A stretch of DNA of 34,530 nucleotides from Octopus bimaculoides (taxonomy: Eukaryota): contig NC_068989.1 in NCBI RefSeq assembly GCF_001194135.2, positions 35,961,423 through 35,995,952 on the forward strand, given 5' to 3'. Shown piece by piece: positions 33,695 to 34,530 of the stretch (the first letter of the stretch is position 1; each line of letters opens with the position of its first letter). A program made the translations under genes and the position numbers. The notes below the pieces were generated by a model. The model worked only from the letters and a program-made list of their open reading frames with translations. It did not search any database and was not told the origin of the DNA.

Positions 33695-33993
33695 TTGGAC
33701 TCTCCTCTCATTAAACGATGGCTGATGGTTCTGCAATTTCTAACTGAACAATTGCACAAATGCCTTGTTTATGGTAGTCAAATGTTTGTGACGCGTATAA
33801 GCTCCACACTCCATCAAATTGACATTGCCTGTACAAGTTTCAAGACTGTGCCACGCATCAGAAGTCGAAATGATCGCAGAACAACGGAAGATGAAATATT
33901 TCACTCAAGAACACCACTCGCCGCCCGGTCTGGGATCGAAACTACGATATCGCTATCGTAAGTGCAACACCTTAACCTCTAGGCCATATGTAC
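33695..33993 (-). mobile_element. tRNA-type SINE, family D
   Basis: Minus strand begins ATATGGCCTAGAGGTTAAGG (A-box-like) with GTTTCGATCCC (B-box-like), followed by GTGTTCTTGAG. Confidence 0.7.
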
Positions 33994-34002
33994 ACATATA
34001 GA

Positions 34003-34078
34003 CTGACACATACATACATACATACATACATACATACATACATACATACATACATACATACGTACATACATATACACA
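34003..34078. repeat. (CATA)n microsatellite
   Basis: Read directly from the sequence. Confidence 0.95.
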
Positions 34079-34082
34079 TCTA

Positions 34083-34530
34083 TGTGTCATTCGTTTGACG
34101 TTCCGTGTGTCACTGTGGTTCGTCTGAGTTCATTGTTTCATTGTTGTTGTCTTGTGTGACTGTCGTGGTAAAATGTCATTGATATATATATGGCGGACAT
34201 GACTTTTGTTTATTCATAACGAACATTNNNNNNNNNNATATATGGCGGACATGACTTTTGTTTATTCATAACGAACATTGAGTGAGTGCGTTCTTTGTAT
34301 GTAATTGAATAATAAATGTAATAATTAAATTTGTATAACTCGTTGTGTTATCTCTGCGAGTCATCCGAGGGAAATACAACAGAGTTTATTGGCGTCGACG
34401 ATAGGATACATGCTTACTTTACCGTAAAATTATTCATCGTAATAACAATGGCTGAAAAACAGACAGTAGAACTTATTAAATTGTTTAGGGAACAAATGGA
34501 CAAGCAAATGCAACAACATCAGAGAGATAT
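34083..34530 (+). mobile_element. 5' end of an LTR retrotransposon: LTR (~34083-34381), PBS 34390-34407, gag start at 34448
   Basis: TATA-like run at ~34182-34191, AATAAA at 34311, LTR-like end ..TACAACA at 34381, PBS-like TGGCGTCGACGATAGGAT, then an open ORF. The LTR 5' boundary is uncertain. Confidence 0.7.
34448..34530 (+). CDS. Putative gag N-terminus (MAEKQTVELIKLFREQMDKQMQQHQRD...), running off the window
   Basis: ATG 40 nt after the PBS; open to the window end; Gln/Glu-rich, coiled-coil-like start. Confidence 0.55.
   Translation, partial: MAEKQTVELIKLFREQMDKQMQQHQRD

Noticed and set aside
34186-34279. Exact 42-bp direct repeat either side of a 10-N gap (34186-34227 and 34238-34279)
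   Set aside because: Identical sequence flanking a small placeholder gap is typical of an unmerged contig overlap, so it is most likely an assembly artefact.

Overview
Animal (AT-rich, repeat-dense) genomic DNA, most likely octopus/coleoid cephalopod; this is inferred from the SINE and RTE repeat families as I recall them, not from a search. One clear host gene: five + strand coding exons (9249-9337, 9987-10071, 11782-11871, 13111-13264, 21357-21502) that splice GT-AG in frame into the R3H-domain-to-C-terminus part of SPAG7. Its 5' coding exons were not found in 1-9248 and are probably upstream of the window. The rest is mostly decayed transposable elements: several RTE-clade LINEs (one family carries a PHD-like C4HC3 finger inside the RT region), CR1-group remnants, a Penelope-like GIY-YIG remnant, four tRNA-type SINE families, mariner/Tc1 relics, piggyBac- and hAT-type MITEs, foldback elements, and the start of an LTR retrotransposon (LTR, PBS, gag start) at the right edge. 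Best leads: (1) a ~1 kb foldback with ~300-bp arms just downstream of the SPAG7 stop, a possible 3'UTR dsRNA/ADAR substrate; (2) two neighbouring RTE copies with 5'-inverted, twin-priming-like architecture; (3) a switch from CpG-depleted to CpG-retaining sequence near 25.9 kb; (4) inverted SINE arrays around SPAG7 exons; (5) a possible convergent terminal exon. I found no convincing wholly new multi-gene system. All alignments and counts were done by eye, and boundaries of decayed repeats are approximate.
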